DNA from: Botryllus schlosseri
Taxonomy: Eukaryota
Direction of reading: 5' to 3'
Assembly: GCA_051294905.1 (NCBI GenBank)
Contig: CM119378.1
Coordinates: 7,440,001 to 7,504,000 of the forward strand
Length of the DNA: 64,000 nt
In this document: positions 37,101-49,100 of the stretch, piece by piece
Position numbering within the stretch: the stretch's first letter is position 1
Layout of the letters: every line of letters begins with the position of its first letter
Translations under genes and position numbers: made by a program
The notes under the pieces: model-generated
What the model was told of the DNA's origin: nothing
Databases searched by the model: none
The model's input: only the letters and a program-made list of their open reading frames with translations

Positions 37101-40100
37101 CCTAGTCCTGGCAGAATTTGCAAAGATGTCAAAGTCACAAGAGCCCGCTCGTCTACTGCTCTGGTGGATTATTGTTACACAGCCGTGTGCGGGAATATGA
37201 TTCATTACTTTTTCATGCCTCTACATTTTCTACGGCTGTTAGATTACTATTTTTGGTAATGAGAAATAATGATGAAATAATCGGTGGCAGATGCGTTTAT
37301 GAGCAGACTGTAGCAGACTTCATATCTTTATATTATACGGCACCGTGACAAACACATTTGTTGATTATTTTCTCTCATGCAATGCTGGATATTGCTGGAT
37401 TTTCAAATCCTAATATAGTCAATTTTACAAAATGAAGACAAAATAAACTGTACTCGCTACTGAAAATTTGGTTCAAAAGTAGTTCGAGAAGTATTTGATA
37501 TCACAAGTCAGAATACTGCCATGGATCATCTTCCTTTTAACAGCCATCAAGTGTGAACCCTTTGCGCTGAACCGTAACCATCAATATTTTATTGGACCTT
37601 GTACTGGTACACAACCAATTGCATCAGAATGTGGCATCGGATGTCGAACAAATTACAGATTTTCTGACCCTGCTTTTCGTGATGAATGGAGTATGACTAT
37701 AAATTGTCAGTTGGATGCGGATCAAAATACCGCATCTTGGAGTAAGAATCCAATGGAAACTTCTTGTGAAGGTCTCGTTTATAAAGCTGTTATACATGTA
37801 GGACAAGTATCTCATCTTATATGGTTATATGTTTATAGAAGTGAAATGCCGTTCCAAATATGTTCCTGTGGAAAAAAACTACGAAACACTACAATGTTCT
37901 GAAGGACAAGTTGGCGGCTCATGCCGACTCACATGCAAGGAGGGATACAGAATTGCTTACAATACAATTAGGTGGACTGCTTCTTGCAATGTTATCACAA
38001 ACAGCAGAAGTACTGCAATTTGGAACGTGGAGAGTGCCCCTGTTTGTAGAGGTGAGATAGCAAATGCAAATCTGGTTATTACAAGGTTTTGGCCTAATTG
38101 TGAGTATAATGAAATAGCGAGAACTTAGCGGTTACCGCAACTGTGTCATAGATAGCCATACTTGCAGTTTATGAACTATACTGAGCCATGATTAAATTAA
38201 ACACAATTTTGTTCATATCATGTCCCTCAATGTGTGCATTGAACTTACAATATTAGTGCAGGCTCTGGCAGTTGAAGTGTGTTTGATATTTTGTTTCATC
38301 ACAGAGTAATATTGACGATTCCCGGTCATATCACAATCATTAGAAAGGCAAAATTGAAGAGTAACGGATTTTACTGATACTGTCAACATTTTCAATGATT
38401 TCTTCAACTCACCATCTGGCTTACTATGAGGACAGCTCGGTGTTTGATCTCAATGACTATTGACTGTTATCGTGGAAACTACTGTTATTATTACTCAAAG
38501 TGTTTATGTGGACCAGAGTTGGATCAATTGTAATTTGTAATTGAGCTGAATGTAATCAATTACATTTTTTCATGTAATTGTAATTGTAATTGAAGCATTT
38601 CTATTTTGTGTAATTGTAATGAGATAAAAAAATTGTTCAGTTACAATTTCAATTACATTGTTACGGAAACCTGACAATCACAACATAAAATAATCAATCA
38701 AATCATTTATTCGTCACACCAGTGAAAATCCGGTACGGACCAGGATGACGACGAGGGGCCGCAAGGTCTTAAGGCCTTAGTACATAGTCGCCACCTGTGA
38801 TAATTATCCGATTTATATCGGTGTTCTATGCGTGCCGTGTTATAACTATATAATTCAGGCATGCTGAACTGCTTCCCATACTTCAGTAGCAACACAAAAC
38901 TTTGTGAATTACAATATAGGCTAAACCAGTGATTCTCAAACTGGGGGGCGTGCCCCCCTTGGGCGGCGTGAAAGCATATGAAGGGGGGGGGGCGCAAAGC
39001 CCGAGTAAACTGAAATTTTTTCCGGGCTTGGCGCGATTCACCTCCATTTCATAGTTATTGCTCTGTGCATAGTCTGAATTTCAATTGGAGATTTCTCTCA
39101 TCAACAGTCATAACCTTCCGTACCATCAAACTATCTGTAAGGATTGCTAACATTCTGTTTTCATTGTGTGATATGACGATAAGAGTGGGCACGAAATATT
39201 TCACTGTCATAAAGGGGGCGTGTCTAAAAAAGTTAGAGAATCAGTGGGCTAAATTAAATCTTAATATTTCAAAAATGGATAGACAGCAAATAAACTCTTC
39301 TAAAACGTATGCTGAAGCCGAGGCTTGCTGCAACAATTGCAAAAAGAAATTCAAGTTTCCAACCAAGGCTTCATCAAACTTGATCACGCATTTGTAAAGA
39401 TGTTATCCAGGGTTGTCATGATTCGACTCGAGTCACGATTTTCTGATGACTTGACTTGACTAGAGTCATTTTATCAAAATACGGAAATGACTCGACTCGA
39501 CTTGAGTCAATTTGTGTATTGACTCGACTTGGACTCGAGTCATTACGCATGACTCGAACCAAGTCATATGACTCCAGACTCAGACGGCCAAGACCGACAT
39601 TTAATTGTAATTTCAAAGAATAGTAAAGTAACCACACTATTGGGATTTCGTACGGGTACTTGAAAATGCGAACAGAAATTGCTAAAATGAGCAAAATTTT
39701 TATAATATCAATGTGAACCATTCGATATCACCAAGTAGAGTTATAAAATGTGGGTTTGACAAGACTTCAACAGGAAACTGAGCAGTCAACACAATGACTT
39801 GGACTCGGACTCGAGTCATAATACCATGACTCGGACTCAACCCTTTGCTCGCTGACTTGGACTGGGACTTGACTCGCTGGTGAATTGAAAATGACTCGAC
39901 TTGACTCAAGTCAAAACTATAAAAGTGAGATTGACTTGTGACTTGGTTACAACCCTGATGTTATCCCAATCTTACCTCCAATCTTGGCGAAATTTACTGA
40001 GGCAAGAAATTTTCGGACCCTAATGTTCATCAAATGCAATCTAACAGTTTTCGAGCAAGTGAAAATGTAAATGCGAACCAAAATGTTGTAATTCGTAGTT

Positions 40101-43100
40101 ACTAGGAGGCTCTTTCCTTTTGCATTTATTTTAATTTTACAGACCTTATCTATATCATCCTTATCGCTAACGCCTTACCAATTACATTTCATTATCCTCA
40201 CTCAGCTCTGAGTACTGCCTAATCGTTTGATTACATTTCATTGACTGTCCTGTAGCCTATTCGCTGTTAGTCGCTCAAACTTTTGGTTGTTAACAGTCGC
40301 TTGAAATATTTTTCTGTGTTTGTAGTTTTCAGTACTCATGATTAGGAATAGTTCGAATGCGTTCGAGTTTTTGTCAAAGAACACCTCTCTACCGCATCAA
40401 TTACATGTTTAACAGTAATTGTAATTGTAATTTGATATTTTTAGCATTGAGTAATGTAATTGAAACATGCAAGAGAGTAATTGTAATTGTAATTGAACTG
40501 AATTATTGTAATTGATGCAACTCTGATGTGGACGAATAGCCATCAACTACATTCGGCATATCATTGATATAGTTAACCATGGTCCAAGCTGAGTTGTCAT
40601 AGCATTTTCACATGTAATAGGCCCACTCACCTTGCTATGCAATCCAGAGCTAGTTGACAGTTGTGACTTGCAGTATGTTTTACAACTCATTGAGTAGGTT
40701 CCATATATTGTGTGTCTTTTATTGCATTTCAGCATCTATACTATCTACACTACACTATCTCACTGAAATTTTTCCCTTTGTATTGACTAATATTGTCATT
40801 CCGTAGACCATAAGTGTTTTGCAGTGCCAATTCATGTTGCAGTTCCCGATGTACTGAACATGCTGAAGCCGGCATCTCTCATACTGCTGAATTTTCAATA
40901 TTCCGAATATTTGATCGGGGGATAATCCAAGAATTTTCATCGAAAAACTGGAATAACTCCGCTTCTACGGCTTGGAATTGAGTAAAATTTGTTTTGCATA
41001 GTCTTTGAAGACAGCCCAACAATTTCATGGGGTTGGCAGAAAAATTTGAAAAAAAAAATTTTTTGCGTTTCTGGGCCAATTCAAAATTTTCAAACTCTAC
41101 GTAAACCGCGAATATTGGTTGGAATGAATTCAAATTTGGTGTGCGTCGTTTTTAAAGGCAACCTAACGACTTAATCAAGTATCCTGCAAGATTACGGAAA
41201 AAAGGTTATTTTTGAACAGCCCTACTGTGCAGTATACGGTGTTTGAGTTTCTAATTGTAACATAGGTGTAAGGCAAACATTGAATCAGTGATAAGTTCAT
41301 ACAATATCTTCGGGTTGATTGCAGGAGTCTCACGAAGTCTCCTGATCCAAACTGGACTCTACTTAACTGAGAAACCTTGAAAAAAACATCTATCCTGAAA
41401 GAGAATTTAAAAGCATCAAAGTCCTCGTTAATGCGACATTCATTCTATCTGAGTAAATGTAGACAAAAATATTGTGCATAATAGTGCTTGGCTAATGGCT
41501 ACTATATTCGGAGTACTACGATATGCTCCTGATGTGTGTTCAAAGTGGGCATACCATAGATATAATATGTTTTTTGTTGTTGCAAAGTTTAGCACATCGA
41601 CTGGAACATGTTTGTTTTCCTATTATTTATTTTTCGACAGCAAAGTAGTCATTAACCGCGTTGGGATGACTTGAGTCATCATTTGACTTGAGTGGGACTC
41701 GATTTACATTTTTCCAATGGCTAGACTTGATTTGACGGATGAAAAATATCGAATGAATCATGACCGCGAGTCAACTTTGCTATGTTATTTTTAAGTGTTC
41801 TAGTATTTTACTTAGCAAAGCTTGCTCAGGATTTCAGCCACACTGTGATAGATAAATGGTAGATCACATATTTGCCGTAAATGGTATTGTGTGTTTGATG
41901 GTGACTAATCCATTCAAGCAATTCTATTTGCCCCCCCCCCCCAGGTTGTGGCAATTTCACATTGTACGAAGCCATCAAATATTACCCGGGTTTGGGTTCT
42001 GGACTCTTTGTTATCAAAGTTCATACTATACGCAAAAATAGCTTTCACCCTTCCGGTCTTGGTTGATTCATAGATGCCAGATATATAGGGCCTGAGGAGT
42101 TTATGAGCATTACAATTGGCTAATTATGTTAGAATAGTGCAAATATACCATAATCCTCTAACACGTCATCAGCCGCGGCATAGAGAGGAAATTAACGCAA
42201 TTCAATGCAGAAAAACAAACAGAGCAAACGAACAATAGAAGATGTTTATATCCATCTACCTTGGATTGGCCCCATTTCCACCCGCTTTGAAAAACAATTG
42301 ATTTCTGCGGTCAGTAAGTGTTACGACACAGTCAAAACCAATGTGATTTTTACAATAACACAACTGCTCCCTTCAACACGCAAAGACGTTCTCCCTGCGC
42401 TTCAACAAAGTAATGAAGTGTACGAATATAAGTGCCACTGTGATTGTGGCTACGTGGGAAGAACGTCAAAATGTCTGCAGGAACGCATAAACCAACATGT
42501 CCCCAGATTTATCAGAACACGCGCATCACGCTCAGTGAAAAGCTCACCCTCAACTCATCCGTGTAATCAAAGGCCATTAATTCTGCCATCGGCAAACATC
42601 TGTTAGATCAGAGGTCTCAAACTCAAATGTGCTCACGGGCCAATTTTCCAGTTTTTACGACGCCGCGGGCCGCAGCATCAATAAGGGTCTTTCCAAGTAG
42701 GCCTTATTTGACGGGATGAAATTGTCCTATTGAAAGTGAGCCGATACAGCAGACTGACATTCAACACACATCATAAAAATGTCATTAACTCTTGTATCAA
42801 TTTAGGCCTGGCATGAAAAAAATCATCACATTTATAACTAACTGAATAGAAGTGTTGTTGTAGCCTACTTGATATATATTAATTATAAGATATAGATACC
42901 ATGTGAGCGGAAAATATATAATACTATCATAAAAGCTATCACGTTATAATTTTGCAGCTACTATGAATATTGTGAATTTAACAGATTGATAATAGAGACT
43001 GATCTGATATCAAAACATTTTTAGGTGGAGCATTGTAATTCTAATCCAGGATTCGGGTATACTTCTGATAAGTAGGCTATTAATCTCATGGCCAAATATC

Positions 43101-46100
43101 TTCAAATATAGGAGCGAAAACAAATATAAATATAACATAAATACATTAATGAATGTGTCATAGTTATAGAAATTCCGGAACGCCGAACAACCCATTGTTG
43201 ATACATCGTTTGGAGCGTACCGCTACGGCACTCAGTACATTTAAGTGGCCTTAATAACATGGTTTAGCGACCCACGATGTAACTAATAGATTGCGAATGG
43301 TTGCCATAACTACTTGCTTAGTAAGCGAAATACCAAGCTGCGATATTCTGATCTATTACTATTCCCATGACTCCGTGTCCACTCGGGTCATTTTCATTTG
43401 GCCATCGAGTCAGCTTAAGTCCGAGTAATTCTAATAAAGGTCGCTTCCAAGTCTAACTCACAAATTTCAGTCACGAATCGTCTATAATCATAGTGCTGTA
43501 AACGACTATCGTCTAAGGGTCAAGGTTATATTTATCATCATGAATTGGAAATGTGGCGAAATAGTGAATCTTCTGCGGCATGGACGCGGATAGTGAAGTT
43601 TGATGAATAGTTTTAGGCTTTCGGAGCAATTTAAGAGCGAATTTTCACTTTAAAACTTGAAAAGATATATGTGGCACTTATATATTGTAAAATTAATGAA
43701 AATCTAAAATGTCGTCGCGGGCCGCACAAAATGATTTGGCGGGCCGCATGCGGCCCGCGGGTCGCGTGTTTGAGACCTCTGTGTTAGATAATCCGATTTG
43801 TGCGAATAACTATCGAGACGAACGATTTCGAATCGTTGGGCGGGGCCGTTCACAATTCCATTTGTGTGCCTTGAAGTAAACTATTATCAAAATGCACCAA
43901 CCAAAACTCTGTCAACAAAAGAAGTTTGTGTACCACCTAAAATAGTACATTGAACGCTCTCTCTTTCATGCTGGTGACGTCATATTCTGTGATACGATTG
44001 TTGATATACAATGTTATTTCCAATTCTCTACTAGTTGCTGACGATTATCCCTGACGAGTGTCAGCCGAAAATATTCGGGTTCATTTCAATATGAATATAC
44101 TATTCAATCCTCTAACAGTATCCCAATAGGATTTAGATGGAGATAACTGCACTCAATAATTCAAAGATAATGAAGATATTGAAATTTTTGATTTGAAACC
44201 GTCTCATAGTTGGTAAATCTGAGATGACCTGACTCAAGTTACTTCCAAAATTTGCAACTCTAGTGAAAATTCAAAATGACCTGCGACTTGAGGGTAGTGT
44301 CTTGATCTCTACGCCAGTCATCAATAGTTACAATGTGATTTGGTAACTTCATAAGTCTGCACTGTTGGGATCAAGTCACTACCTTTGAGTCAGTAGTCAT
44401 CTCGAGTCATTCCACATTTTGACTCGAGTCAAGCAAAGTCATGATTCAAGTCAAGTTGATTCTTAGAAGTATGAGGCATAATTCCGTCAATGCATTTTGA
44501 TTGCTGTTTGACGAATATAGAGCCGTCGTATTGGTCACGCATACGTAGAACTGCTAAACTAAGTATAAGTAACTGTATCAGACTCAGTCTATTGTTATCA
44601 GTCAAAATAGAGAATAGGATACGAAACCTCAAAATCGAATTGATATGAGCCCATCTACACATCCGTGAGATACAATCTATGCCTGCGCCGATGGTTGGCG
44701 AGTAATAGAACCTTATAAAACTCGATTTAAATCTTACAAGAGGTTTGGTTAAAGTACCGACTCCAATGACCTTCACGGTCTTATCGATCATTTCTATCAA
44801 ATACCGAATACTGTGCAGTGTGCGCGCATATTTTCTGTACCACCATCACTGCTATGTGTTATGCATTTTGGTTTGATGAAAATAAAGACTCTTTTTCTAT
44901 GGAATAGAGATAGATACCTTGCCATTAGATTACTTTACTACTAGTTTACGACAACCTAAGCTGTAAGATCCAATCACTTCGTTTGTGGTCAATTTATTTG
45001 TGGTAGAACAATGGAGGCTCAGTAAAACTCTGAATCATTGAGTGATTGATTACTCTAACACAGTGATTTTCTAACTCTTTTAGTCACGCCCCCCTTTATA
45101 ATAGTGAAAAATTTTGCACCCCCGCTCCCCCTTATCGCCATATTACAAAATGAAACCAGAATCCTAGCCATCCCAACGAATAGTTTGATGGCATGGACGG
45201 TCATGACTGTTGATGAGAGAATTCTGATGTATGAAATTAGGACTATGTACAGACCAATAACCGCGAATTGGAGGCAAATCGCGCCAAGCGCAATAAATCT
45301 TTTCAGTTGACTCCTGCTTCACGCCCCCATTCAGATGCTTTCACGCCCCCAGTTTGAAAACCACTGCACCAACAGGTCATACCAGTGTTTTGCGCACAGT
45401 CCGAATATATGTAAGATCAGCCATTTTTATCGACACCATGACTTGAGGACTTGAAATTAACTCATAAATTTTGCTGCGAGTCACGAGTCAATCCGCATTT
45501 CTGAAACGCCGACTCAAGTCAAGTCATTTTTCCAAGGTGACTCGAGACAATTCAAGTCATACGAAAAAGGTGACTCGAGTCATCCCAACACTGTAAGCCT
45601 GGCCTGTGGAATTGCATAGTATGAGCATGGCAGTATGTTTATCGTATTACACGAAATCAATTTATTTCTAGAAATTTTGTGTCCTTGGACGAAACTGAAG
45701 GGAAACTACGCACGTGCGACTTGTGTGGAAAGATCAATCAATTCACAATGTCAAATACAATGCTTGAACGGCTTTAAGTTTGGTAACAACAAGACTGAGC
45801 AAAATATCGTCTGTACTTTAAATGAATTCGAGAAGACTGCATTTTGGCCAGCTCCAAGGTGTAACCGTAAGTGTCATTTTTCTGGTTGATTTCGACACTA
45901 TAATTGATAATCCGACTATTATTTTGTAAGTCGCCGTAGTGTTTTTGTATTTACGCTGAATTCGTTACCGGTGCGGGATTTAGAGCTTATTGTCTCTGGT
46001 GATCTGTATTAGAAGCGTGGCTAACCAAATATCTTGGGATTTCGGCTATACTTGAATACTTAACTCAGAAGCTGTTCCTTTGGTGAAGTTCTTCGTAACA

Positions 46101-49100
46101 GATATATACTCAATACAATGGTTTATTCAGAACGTTGTACAGTAGTTTGCGTGAGTCTCATAATCATAGTAAAAGGTAATCCTCTAACACGTGTTACATA
46201 CACTTATATAGAAGTCTCGAGTAATCACAAGAAGAAGTAGTTTCTTATCCGAGACATAGTGAAATATCATGGGCGAGTGATCACAGCGGAATAGCTGCAT
46301 TATTTCCACTCGAAAAGGGAATTAATTAGGAATAATTAAGGAAAAAGCCAATTAGAATATACGACCATGAATGACAAAATCGATTTACTATGTCGAATAC
46401 AAATTTGGTACATAAAGGTCACCCCGTCCCCCATTAAAAAAGGAAATCGGATTGTAACAACACGAGTAAAGACTTTAAATTTCAACGACCATTTAAGTAA
46501 TTAGGCTACATGAAATGTTATCAAACAACTACAATGAATTAGGCCTATACAGTTCCAGCTTAAGTATGAGAAGTTGCAAGAGCAAGGTTTTATACTGCTT
46601 TTCTAATATACAAGTTATCCTAAATTGGAATAACATAAAACAATGTAGTCCTAAGCAATTAGTAAGCCTAAACAATTACATATACATCCACGTGACAGCC
46701 CAAATCATCATGAGTGGTACCGCCGCTGTTCACGTGAAGGCAAAATTAACTTCAGTGTGTGGCCGGTATATATACAATAGTGGCCAGTTCAAACATTGCA
46801 ATATCTCGGTCGATATTGTGACTTAGAGTAACCAACATACTCAAGTCCGCGTAAACTTCAGTTCCGGGCCGTGGCCTATATGCACCAGTGTGTTCCTGGT
46901 CAGTGAAATCCGTACAAAATCTCGATCGATAATGTACATGTGTTTCCGGCGTACAACTTGTTACTCAACTCATGTGTGCCTGCACTGTTGTGCGCGTGCA
47001 GGTTTCCTGTGGGGTCTGGCATCGTCTCGGGTTGTAAGAACTGCATAATTTTCGTCTGCGATTTGGTTTGTCTGATTGACACAGACTTCAGCGTATATAG
47101 AGCTCACTTAGACGCTGTGCGGGGTTGCAGATTCGACGTGGTTACGTACGCGTGTTGGCGCTGTCGGTCGGCCGATCGGTCGCGGAATATCGGTGTCGTT
47201 TCGTCGGTGGAATAGCGGCGGACTGTTGCTGTCAATTGCTGTAGTGCGACGGCACGTGGTGTCAGAATCGTCCCGAGAATATTGCCAGGTCGTTGTTGAA
47301 TTTGTCGAAAGCGTTTTGATGACGTCCCACACATGAGTAGAGCTTGGTACGCCGGAACGCGGAAGCGTGGACGACGGACACGAATAATTCGTCAATTCTG
47401 TAAAAAACCTCACGACAGCATGACGAAGAAAGGGAATATACTAGCACGATTACAACTAGCAGAAAATAATGAATACAAGCATGAAATAAAATACAAAGTC
47501 TGTCAATAAGTAACCAGTCTGAGAAGGCACCGAATTTAGCACGGTGTCAACAATATCAGAAACAATTAAAGAAATAATAAGGCACGCTGTTCCTACAGCA
47601 ATGCAAGGCAAGAGTTACTCACCGTGACTTCAATCACTGGAAGCTACGAATAAAAATGCGGGAAGCCGTGCTAAAAAATTTGCACGTGGTGAGGGAAATT
47701 TAGAAAAAATAACAGGAAGTCTGCCAACAACTAGACGGCGATTAGGGGTGACGGGAAAAGTCCGCGTAATCGAGAACCACGTAACAAAAATTCCAATGAG
47801 TAACGAAACTGTCAGTCAAATCCCATACAATAAAGATGGTATGCGACAGAGGCGGTAATGTGTTTGAGCCACTTGAATAGGGTGAAAATTCCCATTTAAT
47901 GTAAAATTAATGCAACGCTATTTGTAAAGAAAGCTGCGTCATACTAAACCCATGCTTTTATCTTGATGAAGAATCTTGCCGATCATAAAACCCGGTATTT
48001 CTCCTATGATCAGTTAAGTGGCGGCTGGCTACTTAGCATAATCGTATTAACGAAACAATGACGAACCCTAATGATTGTATCTGAGATTATGCAAGTGCCG
48101 CGGCATCTCTGAACAAAGAGCGGTATAGCGAAATTACCCTTGCTATCGAAGCGTTACGTAATGTATATTTTATTTATTTGAATTTGAATCCCCGAGCACG
48201 TGGTGATATCGCGTCTGCTAAATTGCGATTCCATAAGCGTTGCAAGCAAGGGCGACTGTGGAAAAAAAATTACACGTGGTGAACGTAAATGCGACTTGGA
48301 CAGGAAGTCTGCTAACAAACGAACTCCTTGTAATCAAAACATGTCTGCTAAATTGCTATTCAAGTAATAAATCCTCGGTGTATCAGGGATCGGTTTGCGT
48401 AATTTTGACATCGGATCTGCGTTTGATATGTACTGCTGCGTTTTATAAAGCGAATGCCAAACATTAATTCATCACAAGTCAATCAACTCTCCAGAAAGGA
48501 TAAAGCAGCGCGTTATGGCGTTTGTACAGAATTGATATTAGTTGGTTATCGGGTCATTATAAGACTGTTAAAGAACGTAAAAATGATTCAAACTTGAAAG
48601 ATACGTTATGAGCCAGTTCAATGGTAGTTTGTTCAAATTTATATCGAAACTGAAATTTAATGGGTGTGTATTGTGTAAGCATAAGCACGCGATGCCGTGA
48701 AACATAAAAGTAGGGTAGCATTAGTAAGCGATTAATGAAATAAACTGAATGATAGAGATAATAATAAAATTAAAAACTGATACGTAAGCTAAATCATGAT
48801 ACAGATGCCACAAAGCACGGTCTCGGCAATTAAAAAAATAGTCCCGAAGTCGTCTCATATTTCCACTTGCAAGTTTATACATTGACGTGTAACATGTGGA
48901 GTAAATTGTAGAAAAAAAAATTCAAGCAGGAAGTCATGCCCTATTACGTCAGGTCAACAAGCAAACCAGATAGCGTTTATGAGTGGCGGAATATATGCCA
49001 CGTGCGCAAGGTCTGGCGCGTAATCGCAAGCAATTTAATGATATATTAGAAATGTAAGTGAGTAATTACAATATCAGTCAAACTCACATTGATCTTGGCA

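Larger units (their letters stand above)
38514..40525 (+). mobile_element. Family B element with two nested MITEs
   Basis: Perfect TSD ATGTGGAC (38506-38513, 40526-40533); inverted relative to 35437-36671. Confidence 0.9.

Noticed and set aside
40755-41133. Minus-strand ORFs faintly reminiscent of a DNA-transposon protein
   Set aside because: The similarity is impressionistic; no catalytic motif, TIR or TSD was found.
46900-47450. GC-richer short ORFs in the LTR interior as a possible env or pol remnant
   Set aside because: ORFs of 60-101 aa exist in several frames on both strands, none with a recognisable motif.
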